DNA of 60,061 bases, counting the filler. It is 3 parts of 3 records of this genome, joined end to end, with 100 filler letters (N's around TTAATTAATTAA, not from the genome) between each part and the next. Parts side by side here need not be neighbours in the genome. Positions count along the whole stretch, not along the records: positions 42,004 to 60,061 come from SRR20825019_2722; 2 more parts are not named here. The stretch is one strand, 5' to 3'. The position numbers and the translations under genes were made by a program. The notes beneath the pieces were generated by a model, which worked only from the letters and a program-made list of their open reading frames with translations, had not been told where the DNA came from and made no database searches. Of this stretch, positions 45,586-55,671 are shown piece after piece (position 1 is the stretch's first letter; each line of letters opens with the position of its first letter).

Positions 45586-46620
45586 TTACGATAACTGCTG
45601 CGCTGCCAGAAGGGCGAGTGCCGCTGCCGGGGCATGATCGGCCGCGGCACTCTGAGACTGACAAAGCTGACTGAAATCAAGATAGGGGCGGTTGAGCCTG
45701 GCTGCCACCATTTCTACGATAAAACGGCCGACACCGGCACCGATAAGCGGACTGTCGATTGGCTGTGGTGAGGCACTCTGAACCTGCAGACAGGCTTCAG
45801 TGATGCGTTGCAACTGCTTTTCCGCGAACCACTGGGCGATCATTTGCCATTGCTTGGGATCCGCATCGTCAGCATCAGCAGCCAGCATTCTGGCGAGTCG
45901 CTGTCGACAGTGAGCAGCTGTCCAGGGCTGTCCATCAGCGCTGCTGTCCTGAATCTGGTTTTCATCCAGTTTATCCAGTAGCCGCCAGATGTCTGCCGAA
46001 CTGGCAAACCATTCTGCGGTCAGGGCGACCTTGTTGCCATTGAAGGGGGCTTCTGCTGCGAGCGCCATTAACGGAGTTCGGATAGCGCCGGTGTAAACCA
46101 GACTGCCACTGCGCTGACGCTGATGATCACTTAAGCCCAATGGCTGTAGCTGATGTGATGTAAAAGGCACGATATCGCAGGTCGTGCTGCCAATATCAAT
46201 AAACAAACCGTTCTCAGTCTGGCTGGCGGTATAGGCGGCACTGGCCAGCCAGTTCATTGAGGCCACGGCCTGCCAGTTATTTTTTGCCTGCTGTGGATTC
46301 AGCCAGCTTTGTTCGCCAGCATAAATATGGCAATGATCGGCGGGTAATAGCTGTGTCACACAATCAATAATGGCGGCAACCCCCTCACGGCGATGACTGA
46401 AGGCATCGACCAGCTCACCTGTCATAGTGATGGCATGACTGTCTGAGGCACAGTCCAGCGCTTTTATAGCCTGCTGTAGCGCCTGGTGTAGCGCATCAAT
46501 ACCGCGCCACAAAGCACAGGGAAACTGAATGACCTGTGTCAGTTGTCCATGGGCGTCACAACAGGCGACTTTAAGATGTGCACCGCCGATATCCCATCCG
46601 CAAAAACCGGGTTGTTTCAA
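45586..46620 (-). CDS. H4MPT-linked C1 pathway protein, hydantoinase/oxoprolinase-like (Orf9 / MfnF-like)
   Basis: GWDIGGAHLK, TMTGELVD.F, ASMNW, DIGSTTCDI, YTGAIRTP; TTG start. Confidence 0.85.
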   Translation of the reverse strand: MKQPGFCGWDIGGAHLKVACCDAHGQLTQVIQFPCALWRGIDALHQALQQAIKALDCASDSHAITMTGELVDAFSHRREGVAAIIDCVTQLLPADHCHIYAGEQSWLNPQQAKNNWQAVASMNWLASAAYTASQTENGLFIDIGSTTCDIVPFTSHQLQPLGLSDHQRQRSGSLVYTGAIRTPLMALAAEAPFNGNKVALTAEWFASSADIWRLLDKLDENQIQDSSADGQPWTAAHCRQRLARMLAADADDADPKQWQMIAQWFAEKQLQRITEACLQVQSASPQPIDSPLIGAGVGRFIVEMVAARLNRPYLDFSQLCQSQSAAADHAPAAALALLAAQQLS

Positions 46621-46621
46621 T

Positions 46622-47581
46622 TTAGTCCTCTTGAAGATAGTGCTGTAAAGATAAAGCCGGGTTCTGGCCTTGCCTCAGCGCAGCTTCGGCATAGGAGACC
46701 GTCAACCTTGGATTGATTTCAATCAGCCACAGCGCATCACCGGACTGCACCAGGTCAATACCGACGAAGCCCCACAGTCCGGGAATCGTAGCATGAATCT
46801 GCTGTGCCAGCCTGCTGACCATAGCGGGGTCAATAAGATCATACCGGCCTGCTTCGCAGTGGCTGAGATGTAATTGATGATCAGACTCTTCAATATGCTG
46901 CCGGTTCACCGATAAAACCTCGATATCGTTGTCAGAGATAAACAGGCTCAGGCTGAGAGCTGTGCCTTTGATATAGGGCTGCACAATTCGTTGCTTGAGA
47001 AGGTCTGAGGATAAGGTGTTGAGATAAGCGCATGCCTGTTGGGCTGACATTCTGAAAGTCTGTTCGCAGCCGGCGCCGTCGAGCGGTTTGATAATCCAAT
47101 CCGTTTTTGTGTCCGGCAAAGCCTGTTTCAACCAGTCATCGGCTTTGACGGTGTGGGGAGTGGCAATACCCTGTTTAATCAGCCACTGGCTCGATAAAAG
47201 CTTATCAGTGCAAAGTCTTATGGCGTTAGCGCTGCAGCCCAAGTGATGTTTTTGTTTTTGCTCAAGCTGAGTGACCAGTTGTCCTAGCAGGCCATCGGTT
47301 TCGGGGGCTATCACCAAAAACCGGCTGAACTGGTCAAGGCTCTGCTGCCAGACCTGGTGATAGGCTGCCGGGCTGTCGACCAGCAATGTTGAAATAAGAC
47401 CTGATATATCTTGCAGCGCTGACAACCTGCTGTCGCGCATTACGGTGATGTGACAACCCAGCGCTGCAAGGTCATGACAGACAGCGCTGAGCATGGCCTC
47501 TCCCTCCCGGAGCAGAGATGGCGAAATTGCCTCATCAGCCAGCGCTCCACTGGTAAGATGTTCATAGATAAATAGCGTCAT
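46622..47581 (-). CDS. ATP-grasp ligase (MfnD / tyramine-glutamate-ligase-like)
   Basis: YEHLTSG, EG.AML, IAPETDG, KPLDGAGC, LSVNRQ, GFVGID, EINPRLT. Confidence 0.83.
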   Translation of the reverse strand: MTLFIYEHLTSGALADEAISPSLLREGEAMLSAVCHDLAALGCHITVMRDSRLSALQDISGLISTLLVDSPAAYHQVWQQSLDQFSRFLVIAPETDGLLGQLVTQLEQKQKHHLGCSANAIRLCTDKLLSSQWLIKQGIATPHTVKADDWLKQALPDTKTDWIIKPLDGAGCEQTFRMSAQQACAYLNTLSSDLLKQRIVQPYIKGTALSLSLFISDNDIEVLSVNRQHIEESDHQLHLSHCEAGRYDLIDPAMVSRLAQQIHATIPGLWGFVGIDLVQSGDALWLIEINPRLTVSYAEAALRQGQNPALSLQHYLQED

Positions 47582-47657
47582 TGATGCTGTTTGAAACTCA
47601 TGGTTTTATGCCGGGTAATGAATTTCAACGACCCGGATAAGAGAAAGAACCCATTTT

Positions 47658-48365
47658 ATGTTGCAGATTATACCGGTCATCGATATTCGCGGCGGGATCG
47701 TAGTCCATGCTCGTGGTGGCAACCGTCAACAATATCCTGTTCTGAAGTCGGTGTTGACGAAGTCAACATCGCCGGCTGGGGTCATTGCTGACCTATTGCG
47801 ATGGCTGCCGTTTCCCTGCATTTACATTGCCGATCTGGATGCGATAGAACAGGGTTGTCAGCAAGTGGAGTTTTACCGGGGGCTGTGTTCGCAGTTTCCG
47901 CAAACGGATTTCTGGCTGGACAGCGGCATTAAGAGGTCTGACGAAATTGCAGCCTATGACGACATCAGCAATCTACGCCTGGTGGCCGGGAGTGAAACGC
48001 TGGCGGAGACAAACATGCTGACGCAGACAGATAGGGCATCGAAACTGATCTTGTCATTGGACAAGAAACAGGAGACTTATCTGGGGAAAGCGGATCTATT
48101 CTCAAATCCGGCGCTGTGGACACGCAAGGTGATTCTGATGAATCTGGATTGTGTCGGTGAAGCCCAGGGCCCGGATCTGGAATGGCTGCAGACCCAGCAT
48201 GCTCAATCTCAGGGAGTGGACTGGTACCTTGCAGGAGGTATCCGTCATGAATCAGATTTGATTGAGGCGCAGAAAACGGGGGCCACAGGGGTACTGATAG
48301 CCAGTGCATTACACACCGGCGCGCTCAGCAAACAATCACTGAAGCGACTGTTGATAAAAAGTTGA
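47658..48365 (+). CDS. HisA/HisF-related TIM-barrel protein (Orf17 of H4MPT clusters)
   Basis: IIPVIDI.GG.VVHARGG.R..Y, YIADLDAI, WLDSG, GGIR, ASALH. Confidence 0.85.
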   Translation: MLQIIPVIDIRGGIVVHARGGNRQQYPVLKSVLTKSTSPAGVIADLLRWLPFPCIYIADLDAIEQGCQQVEFYRGLCSQFPQTDFWLDSGIKRSDEIAAYDDISNLRLVAGSETLAETNMLTQTDRASKLILSLDKKQETYLGKADLFSNPALWTRKVILMNLDCVGEAQGPDLEWLQTQHAQSQGVDWYLAGGIRHESDLIEAQKTGATGVLIASALHTGALSKQSLKRLLIKS

Positions 48366-48392
48366 AACGGCCCTTCCGAGGAAGGGCCGTTT
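48365..48392. terminator. Bidirectional terminator between orf17 and fae
   Basis: AAACGGCCCTTC-CGAG-GAAGGGCCGTTT perfect stem. Confidence 0.8.
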
Positions 48393-48409
48393 ATCAACAG
48401 CTTTAAATC

Positions 48410-48928
48410 TTACTTGGCACCGAATGGGTGTTCAGAAGATTTGTATTGTGCCACGACATCAGCCGCTTTCGGCTCACGAGCAACAGCGCGTTTGATCGCT
48501 TCTTTCGTTGCACGGTAGTTCCAGTCCTGGATTTTTTCATCGCTGTCAGCGGTTGGTGAGATGAAAACACCAACACAGATAAAGCAGTCATCAGCTTCAC
48601 CGGCAGGAATGGTACCGTCTTCAACACACTCAGCCACAGCCAGGGAAACACCACGCTGTGCCGGGCCGAACATTTGAACGGCTTGCTTCATGTTTTTGAT
48701 GGTGACTTTGTTGAACATGACGGTTGCCGGCTTAACCATCAGGTTAGGCGCAACCACTGCCAACAGACCATTAACCCCTTGCTTCTGGTCAGTCAGTGTA
48801 CGGCAGAAAGCATCTTCTGCAGCTGAACCGCGTGGGCCCATAAGAAGATCAATGTGTGCGACGTTGTCTAGGTCACCGTCTTCGATGACCAGCGATTCAC
48901 CTACAAGTACGCGATCGATTACTGGCAT
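48410..48928 (-). CDS. fae: Formaldehyde-activating enzyme
   Basis: [49 protein letters not shown] before ATG 48928. Confidence 0.93.
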   Translation of the reverse strand: MPVIDRVLVGESLVIEDGDLDNVAHIDLLMGPRGSAAEDAFCRTLTDQKQGVNGLLAVVAPNLMVKPATVMFNKVTIKNMKQAVQMFGPAQRGVSLAVAECVEDGTIPAGEADDCFICVGVFISPTADSDEKIQDWNYRATKEAIKRAVAREPKAADVVAQYKSSEHPFGAK

Positions 48929-49052
48929 GTTATATTTTCCTGTTCCAAAAAAATTGTCAAAAAGGCTCATTTTTTCCCCTCCTTGCTTTCAAGGAAGGGT
49001 TTATACGTAATAAAGGAACGTATCACCTGCTCAGTGCCGTCCGCTGGATGCA

Positions 49053-49934
49053 TCATGGTACTGAAATTCGGTCAGCAGAAAGCCGGCACTGAAATGCGTG
49101 AAGCAACAGCGTGGCCGCGATAAGGTCTGCGGTGGTACCCGGATTGATGGCATTCTGCTTTAATTCGTTGTCCCAGGCAGTGAGCCGATCTAAATAAGCA
49201 TTTAACGTACTGTTTTTATTCATTTCAAAAACGAGTTGTTTTGCCTTTGCTGTCACTGCGGTCGCTTGCTCCCTGGATTGCTTGCGACATATCAAGCTGT
49301 CGGGAGCCTCTGATAAGAGCTTAAGATACGCGAAAGCCGTTGCCCATTCAACACTTTCTCCAGAATTCATCGCGCTTGTCAATCCCGGCAATCCTGTTTG
49401 CCATAATGTGCTGAAATTACTTACATATTGCAGGGCTATGAGATCCCGCTCGGCAGCCATTTGCATGGCCTCGAGTAAGGTAACGCTTGGATCTCCGCTA
49501 ACATCCTGCTCCGGATGCTGCCCCAGCCCACCGGCCTCGGCCATCCGGATCGCCTGATAAGCCAGTTTGGCATCTTCAACACTGAGTTTTTGAAGGGTAG
49601 CGGCAAGTTCAGCAGGTAAATCTTCAAAACTTCGACACTGTTCAATGGCACAGCACAGGGGGGCAAATAACAGCACAATACCGAGGTTAGTGTTGCAGTT
49701 AACGACTTGCCGGGTGGCTTCTATCGCGCCGAGAATTCGCTCACCCACTGTCAACCCTGGGCGGGCCATGACCGGCGCAATCGCCCGGGCACTGCGGATA
49801 AAATCGTCGACAGCCATATTATGACCGTCACTAAAGCAATTCACATTGCCCGGTTTAGGGGCCCTGACCTCTTGCTCACAGGCCCAGAATACAGATTGCG
49901 CTATCTCATCTTCAGACAGCATGATGCGAAGCAA
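49053..49934 (-). CDS. CitG-family protein (Orf7 of H4MPT clusters)
   Basis: EV.APKPGNV, NTNLGIVLL.APL, AGGLG, PDSLI.RK, NPGTTADL. Confidence 0.87.
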   Translation of the reverse strand: MLRIMLSEDEIAQSVFWACEQEVRAPKPGNVNCFSDGHNMAVDDFIRSARAIAPVMARPGLTVGERILGAIEATRQVVNCNTNLGIVLLFAPLCCAIEQCRSFEDLPAELAATLQKLSVEDAKLAYQAIRMAEAGGLGQHPEQDVSGDPSVTLLEAMQMAAERDLIALQYVSNFSTLWQTGLPGLTSAMNSGESVEWATAFAYLKLLSEAPDSLICRKQSREQATAVTAKAKQLVFEMNKNSTLNAYLDRLTAWDNELKQNAINPGTTADLIAATLLLHAFQCRLSADRISVP

Positions 49935-50829
49935 GCACCTTCATAATACGTTGGTTAACCGCCTGGGCCAGTGTGCCCGCAATATCGGCGCCGGTAGCGT
50001 GGTAAAGACCTTTCCAGGCTGGCACGCTATTGACTTCCAGCACGCTGAATTGGCCGTCAGGACCGCGTATCAAGTCGACACCGGCATAATCCGCCTGCAC
50101 AGCCGCTGTTGCACGAATTGCCAATGCGCGCATTTCTTCGGATACCGGTGTCGCAAAACAGCTGGCACCCTGTGCAAAATTGGTGATCCAGTGACTGGAA
50201 CGGCGAGACATGGCCGCACAGACCTCTCCATCAATGACCAGCAGCCGCCAGTCCTGCCAGGCGCCAGGCTGCTCCGGGGCGACATACTGCTGCAGATAAA
50301 AAGCGTCGCCGACCGGTGCCTGTTGTTCAAACTGTGACAGGGTTTCTATCAGGTGGATCCCCTTACCCTGGCAGCCAAACAGAGGTTTCATCACTAGCAG
50401 ATGGTCCGCCGCAAGTTCTCTTTCAACGATGGCTCTGGCGGCGCTGGCATTTTCACAGGCCCAGGTGCGTGGTGTCGTGAGCCCGGCCAGGTGCAGACGC
50501 AGGGAAGTGCGGGCTTTATCCACCGTATGTTCAATGGCGCTGGCCGGGTTCAGTACCGGTACGCCGAGTTCTGACAGGGTGTGCAGCACATCCATGCGCA
50601 GCGTGATCTGCTCCAGAAAACCCGGTGCGATACCACGCACAATGGCTGCGGTAGGTAATTCGTCGTCAAAGCCGGGTATAGACAGGCCGGTGGGGGAATC
50701 AAGATCGATCCGGCATTCGGCCAGATCGGTCAGGACCGTCTCGATACCCAGCCGGCCCAGTGCCGCCGTTAACTGTGCACTGTGCCAGCCATGGGTATCG
50801 TTGAAAATGACGACGCGGGGAGCGCTCAT
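49912..50829 (-). CDS. RimK-type ATP-grasp glutamate ligase (Orf5 / MyfA-like)
   Basis: GWH, VRGI..G.LEQITLRMDVLH, VDKARTS, KPLFGCQGKG, WITN.AQG, EVNSVPAW; directly after mch. Confidence 0.87.
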   Translation of the reverse strand: MSAPRVVIFNDTHGWHSAQLTAALGRLGIETVLTDLAECRIDLDSPTGLSIPGFDDELPTAAIVRGIAPGFLEQITLRMDVLHTLSELGVPVLNPASAIEHTVDKARTSLRLHLAGLTTPRTWACENASAARAIVERELAADHLLVMKPLFGCQGKGIHLIETLSQFEQQAPVGDAFYLQQYVAPEQPGAWQDWRLLVIDGEVCAAMSRRSSHWITNFAQGASCFATPVSEEMRALAIRATAAVQADYAGVDLIRGPDGQFSVLEVNSVPAWKGLYHATGADIAGTLAQAVNQRIMKVLASHHAV

Positions 50830-50836
50830 AAAAAGC

Positions 50837-51820
50837 TTACAGACCGAAAGACTGGTTCAGCAGATCATGATTCAGTTCCCCGGCAGTGAAACTCTTGCCG
50901 GTGTTGGCATTGGTGATAATCACCTTGCCCGGGCTGAACAGGCTGCCGTCAATCTTGAAGAAGTCATATTCATAAGCTTTGAAGATTTCAGCAAAGGGAC
51001 GGCCATAGTCAGAAGACGTGTTACTGGGCATTTTCTCAGCCAGATCTTTGGCTTCTTCGTCAGTGGCATCGACAAAGAGATGTACCTGACCACCGAATAG
51101 AATCGCATCGTTGGTACGGCCCATACCGGTCATGAAATCACCGCCCGGTGGCGCGACCGGTGTTACCCCATAGCCGTCGACAATTTTTTCCAGCGGGAAA
51201 TGCAGTTCATGTGCTTTATGCATCGCAACTTCGAGAACGCGTATCGCAATCTGCATCACGCCGGCCAGGCTTGATGTCGGGGTCAAGATAAAGGTCAGGT
51301 TTTCCGGCTTGATGCCACAGTTATCAGCAACTTTTTCAGCGACTTCAACCGGGGGGAAGCTATCGACTTCCAGCACGATCACGGTTGAATCCGCTTTATC
51401 CTGATAACCGAACTCCTTGAACAGTTCCTCGCGTGCCGCCAGTGCGCGGCCGGGACCGCTGCCCAGCGCAAAAAACTTGCCGTCTTCACTTTTGTGCGAC
51501 AGGCTCCAGCCGGCATATTGACTACCGAGACAGCTCAGGACCGGCGTCTTGGCATGAACATTGACTGACCAGGGCCAGTTGTCAAAGCCACTGTTGGTGC
51601 CCAGCGTAGCTGTGCCGAGACCACCCATGCAGATTTCGCCGATGCGACGGCCTGCTTCCAGTCCGCCTTTGCAGTTGATACCGGCATCAACGATACGGGT
51701 ACCGTTTTCCAGAGTACTGATTTCCAGGTTGAGGGCCTGTGCATCGGCAACCAATGCATCGACCAGCGGCTGGCAGGCAGCATTGACGCTGGTCCAGTTG
51801 GCTGAGAGTTCACTGCTCAT
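50837..51820 (-). CDS. mch: Methenyltetrahydromethanopterin cyclohydrolase
   Basis: DAGI...GGLEAG, CMGGLG, CLGSQYAGWSL, GSGPGRALA, RVLEVAMHK, MGRTNDAILFGG, FFKID..LFSP. Confidence 0.96.
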   Translation of the reverse strand: MSSELSANWTSVNAACQPLVDALVADAQALNLEISTLENGTRIVDAGINCKGGLEAGRRIGEICMGGLGTATLGTNSGFDNWPWSVNVHAKTPVLSCLGSQYAGWSLSHKSEDGKFFALGSGPGRALAAREELFKEFGYQDKADSTVIVLEVDSFPPVEVAEKVADNCGIKPENLTFILTPTSSLAGVMQIAIRVLEVAMHKAHELHFPLEKIVDGYGVTPVAPPGGDFMTGMGRTNDAILFGGQVHLFVDATDEEAKDLAEKMPSNTSSDYGRPFAEIFKAYEYDFFKIDGSLFSPGKVIITNANTGKSFTAGELNHDLLNQSFGL

Positions 51821-51924
51821 GATAAGTCCTAATTTAAAGTCGAAAAATAAGCGGATTATACGTGATATGGGGGCGGCCTGTAATCTTGCAAGCCTTTATC
51901 AGCACAGGTTTTTCAGTAACTGGA

Positions 51925-53151
51925 TCACGCTGCGGGTCGATGGGCCTCAAGCGTTTGTTCGATTACTTCAATTCGTTTCTGACGAATCGCCTCACCAATC
52001 GCGATACCGGACATTCCGGCTTCAATAAATTCCGTGGCAGAGACAGCAGCAGCGGCTTCAAAGCAGGCTTGGAAGGCCGGACCTTCAGGCATAGGAGCAT
52101 CTTCATAGCCGGGTCGACCGCGAAAATCGGCTTCACCGGCGAGCAGGTACTGTTGGAAGCGTTCGGGCCGACGGAAGCTGTCGACGCCTTCCAGCACATG
52201 CAGGACTCGTTCAGCGCTTAGCTCAAACAGCAGGTGCACATCAGTATGAAATTCAGCCACTTTGACCGCCAGCGTGCTGGTGTCTTTCGGTACGCGTAAA
52301 CGCTGACACAAATCACGGGTCAGCTCGATGCTGGTGGCCTCATGGCCTTTGTGACTGGGCAGAATCGCTTCCGGAGTCTGACCTTTACCCAAATCATGGC
52401 ATAGCGTGGCGAAGCGTACCGGGACATCCTCAGTGAGTCTGGCTGCCTGATCGATCACCATCATCACATGCACACCGGTATCAATTTCCGGGTGCCATTT
52501 GGGATGCTGGGGGACACCGAACAAGGCATCGACTTCCGGAAATAAGACTTTTAGGGCGCCGACTTCACGTAGCGTGGTGAAAAACAGCGAGGGCTGGTCG
52601 CTTTGCAGGGCTTTGGAGAGTTCCTGCCAGACGCGCTCCGGGACCAGGAATTCCAGCTCACCATTGTCGATCATCTCAGCAATCAGCGCTTTCGTTTCAT
52701 CGGCGATTTTGAAGCCGAAACGGGCAGCAAAGCGGGCGAGTCTGAGTACGCGCACCGGATCTTCCACAAAAGCAGGAGAGACATGACGCAGGAGACCTTG
52801 TTGCAGATCCTGCTGGCCGTTAAAAGGATCGATAATCTGACCGTTTTCATCCTCGGCAATGGCATTGATGGTCAAATCACGGCGTGCCAGATCCTGCTCC
52901 AGAGTCACATCAGGCGCGGCATGGAAACTGAAACCATGGTAGCCGCGGCCGGACTTTCGCTCGGTACGGGCCAAAGCATATTCTTCCTGGGTTTCGGGAT
53001 GGAGAAACACAGGGAAATCTTTCCCCACCGGTCTGAAACCGTGGGTGAGCATGGTTTGCGGATCAGCACCGACCACGACCCAGTCTCGGTCTTTGACCGG
53101 CAAGCCCAGGAGTTTGTCACGGACACAGCCGCCTACGAGAAAGCATTGCAT
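51925..53151 (-). CDS. cca: Multifunctional CCA-adding enzyme with HD domain
   Basis: VGGCVRDKLLG...DRDWVV, EYALARTERKSG, DLARRDLTINA, EDPVRVLR, HDLGKG. Confidence 0.96.
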   Translation of the reverse strand: MQCFLVGGCVRDKLLGLPVKDRDWVVVGADPQTMLTHGFRPVGKDFPVFLHPETQEEYALARTERKSGRGYHGFSFHAAPDVTLEQDLARRDLTINAIAEDENGQIIDPFNGQQDLQQGLLRHVSPAFVEDPVRVLRLARFAARFGFKIADETKALIAEMIDNGELEFLVPERVWQELSKALQSDQPSLFFTTLREVGALKVLFPEVDALFGVPQHPKWHPEIDTGVHVMMVIDQAARLTEDVPVRFATLCHDLGKGQTPEAILPSHKGHEATSIELTRDLCQRLRVPKDTSTLAVKVAEFHTDVHLLFELSAERVLHVLEGVDSFRRPERFQQYLLAGEADFRGRPGYEDAPMPEGPAFQACFEAAAAVSATEFIEAGMSGIAIGEAIRQKRIEVIEQTLEAHRPAA

Positions 53152-53160
53152 AACAACAGT

Positions 53161-55107
53161 CTAAGGTGTTTTGGGTTTGATTGCAGGCATACGTTCTGAC
53201 AACGGTTTAATGGCCTGGTTTCGTTGACTGTCGAAAATGGCGGCGTAACTCATAACCGTCTGCACGTAATGTCGGGTTTCGTTATAGGGAATGTTTTCGG
53301 TCCAGATCGTGGCATCGAGACGGTTTGACGGCAGCCAGTTTTTGACCCTGTGAGGGCCGGCATTATAGGCCGCGGTCGCCAGTACCGGGTTAGACTGATT
53401 TTCATCCAGCATGCGCTTGAGATAAGCACTGCCCAGTTCGATATTGCGTTCAGGGTGATAGAGCTCATCCAGTTGTTTGAGTGGCCGGTTAATCAGTCTG
53501 GATATCAGGCGGCCGGTGTCCGGCATCAACTGCATCAGGCCCAGCGCGCCGGCATGAGAGCGGGCGGTGGGATTGAAAGCGCTTTCCTGGCGAGCGATGG
53601 CGAGTAGCCAGGAAGCATCAAGGCCGGTGTTTTGACCTGCTTGCTGTATAGCCTGATCAAAAATGACCGGAAAACGCAGGTCCAGCGCATCCCAGTACTG
53701 AGCCTTACCCAGCAGTGCGATGGTCTGGTTATGCCAGCCCCACTCATGGGTGATCATGGCGAGTATCTGCAATTCGGCATCGCTGCGATGTTGAGATTGA
53801 TAATAGGCTTCGCGCCGTGCCTCCAGCATCATATCCTGCAGATAGAACTCCTGCAGGCGCTGCACAGCAGGCTGTTGGCGAAAATCATTGAGCGTTTCCG
53901 GTGACACGGCAATCGGCCGGTGATTCATCGCATACGGGCGGGCCAGCTCATCGGAGGCAAGAAAGGAATAATAATCCCGCTGGCCCAGAATTGCTGCAAA
54001 GGTTTCCCTGGCGGCTTCTTTTTTTCCCAGCCCGGCCTGACTACGGCCCAGCCAGTATTGCCAGCGGGTAGAAGCCTGCTCATCAATATTCATCTGCTTG
54101 ATGGCTTTGGTGGCAGCGCGCCAGTCCTGCTGCCAGATAGCCGCCCGCGCCTGCCATTCACCACCGGGAATATTGCCGAAATAAATCAGTGCTTTGTCAT
54201 CACGGTTTAACGCTGCCCAGGTGCCGATGGCACGACGAACTGAAATTTGATCCTGCTCGCTGAAGTGGTAATGTTCCCGAAGTTTCAGCCACTGTTCAAA
54301 AGCCTTTTCAGGCGAGCGGCGTGCCAGTCTGGACAGGCCATGGACAATAATTTCGCGTGATAGAGCTTCGTCACGAGCGAGCGTTACCGAACCATCTGCC
54401 GGTGCTGTCGCCGGTAATTGTTTCAATAATGAAAGCGGGTTGCTGTGTATCGTTTTCCAGCGTTCAATCCAGGCCAGTTCCTGTGTCGTATTGGGACCAG
54501 AGCGGGCCAGATAGCTGGCAATCGAAAACTGGTTGTCACGCAGGGCCAGCATCATGCGCTGATGCCGTAGGTCTTCAGTGAGCAGACCAGCCTGTTGCCA
54601 GCGTGCAAACACCGGATCGCAGGCTTTATGCTGCGACTGAGGGACCAGCCACATCTCTGGTGTTAACTCAAAGGCTTTGCTGGTTTGACCCGTCGCCAGC
54701 AGGGCCTGTAAGTGGAAGCAGTCGCGTTCTGCCGATTGAGGGGCCTGGTAGAACTGCAGGTATTGCTGCCAACGCTGCTGTTTGGCCAGCCGGTCGAGCC
54801 AGAAAGCACGCAGTCGTTCGGCATAGAAGGTGTCTTCTTCCTCGTCCAGGAAAGTCTTTATCTCCTCTGCCGAAACCTGTCCGAGCCGGTGGCGCAGATA
54901 AAGATATTGCAGGTAGCCCTGTAGAGGATAGCCATCGAGTCGGTCATAAAACTGCCGGTAGAGAGAAACCTGATTGGTCTGCAGCGCTTTGTGCGCAAAT
55001 TCGAAGGTCTGGCGCTGTTTTTCGAGCTGCGCACTGCTGTCTGCAATGGCATAGTGAGGCAGCGCCAGAAAGGCAAAATAAAACAGCAGGGTTTTGATCC
55101 GTCGCAT
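53161..55107 (-). CDS. slt: Soluble lytic murein transglycosylase Slt70
   Basis: Signal peptide, YPL..YL.Y, helical domain, IARQESAF, GLMQLMP, AAYNAGP, IPYNETRHYV. Confidence 0.93.
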   Translation of the reverse strand: MRRIKTLLFYFAFLALPHYAIADSSAQLEKQRQTFEFAHKALQTNQVSLYRQFYDRLDGYPLQGYLQYLYLRHRLGQVSAEEIKTFLDEEEDTFYAERLRAFWLDRLAKQQRWQQYLQFYQAPQSAERDCFHLQALLATGQTSKAFELTPEMWLVPQSQHKACDPVFARWQQAGLLTEDLRHQRMMLALRDNQFSIASYLARSGPNTTQELAWIERWKTIHSNPLSLLKQLPATAPADGSVTLARDEALSREIIVHGLSRLARRSPEKAFEQWLKLREHYHFSEQDQISVRRAIGTWAALNRDDKALIYFGNIPGGEWQARAAIWQQDWRAATKAIKQMNIDEQASTRWQYWLGRSQAGLGKKEAARETFAAILGQRDYYSFLASDELARPYAMNHRPIAVSPETLNDFRQQPAVQRLQEFYLQDMMLEARREAYYQSQHRSDAELQILAMITHEWGWHNQTIALLGKAQYWDALDLRFPVIFDQAIQQAGQNTGLDASWLLAIARQESAFNPTARSHAGALGLMQLMPDTGRLISRLINRPLKQLDELYHPERNIELGSAYLKRMLDENQSNPVLATAAYNAGPHRVKNWLPSNRLDATIWTENIPYNETRHYVQTVMSYAAIFDSQRNQAIKPLSERMPAIKPKTP

Positions 55108-55188
55108 GCCGCTATCTTAAACCATCAGCGAGGTAAAAATCAGCAGGATCTGATCACAAAAAGAGGCGGAAATTATATTTAGGAAAAA

Positions 55189-55656
55189 TTAGCCCTGTTG
55201 CTCGCGGATACTGGTTTCAATCTGGTCAAGGTTGGGGATCAGCGCTACCTTGTTGCTGATTTTGATCTGACAGTGCAGATAGGGGGAATTGTTATCATCA
55301 TGAGTCAGGTGCAGCGCCGCCTGATTGAGTGTGATTAATTGTGGTGAGCCGGAACAGGGAATGGCGTAAAAATCGATGTTGGCATCTGGATTGATGCCAT
55401 TGACGATGCACAGTTTATTGCCGGCTGACTGCGGTTCATTGCCGCCGGTCAGCAGATTTTCCAGATAGATTAGCGGCAGACGTTGTTGTTGCCAGTCAAT
55501 AAAACTCAGCCATGATGATTCACTGGCCTGCTCCTGCACCACACCGGTACGGGGAATGACTTCGGCGATGCTGCTGTTGGGCAGCAGCAGATAATGCTGC
55601 TGCAGTGGGATCAGCATGCAATGAACGAACTGCGTTTGTTGTGCTTGTGCTGTCAT
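55189..55656 (-). CDS. chpC: CheW-like protein of the Pil-Chp system (ChpC)
   Basis: LIPL...LLLPNSSIAEVI, W....W....LPLI..E; directly after chpA. Confidence 0.78.
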   Translation of the reverse strand: MTAQAQQTQFVHCMLIPLQQHYLLLPNSSIAEVIPRTGVVQEQASESSWLSFIDWQQQRLPLIYLENLLTGGNEPQSAGNKLCIVNGINPDANIDFYAIPCSGSPQLITLNQAALHLTHDDNNSPYLHCQIKISNKVALIPNLDQIETSIREQQG

Positions 55657-55671
55657 ATCAGGCCCTGAGAG

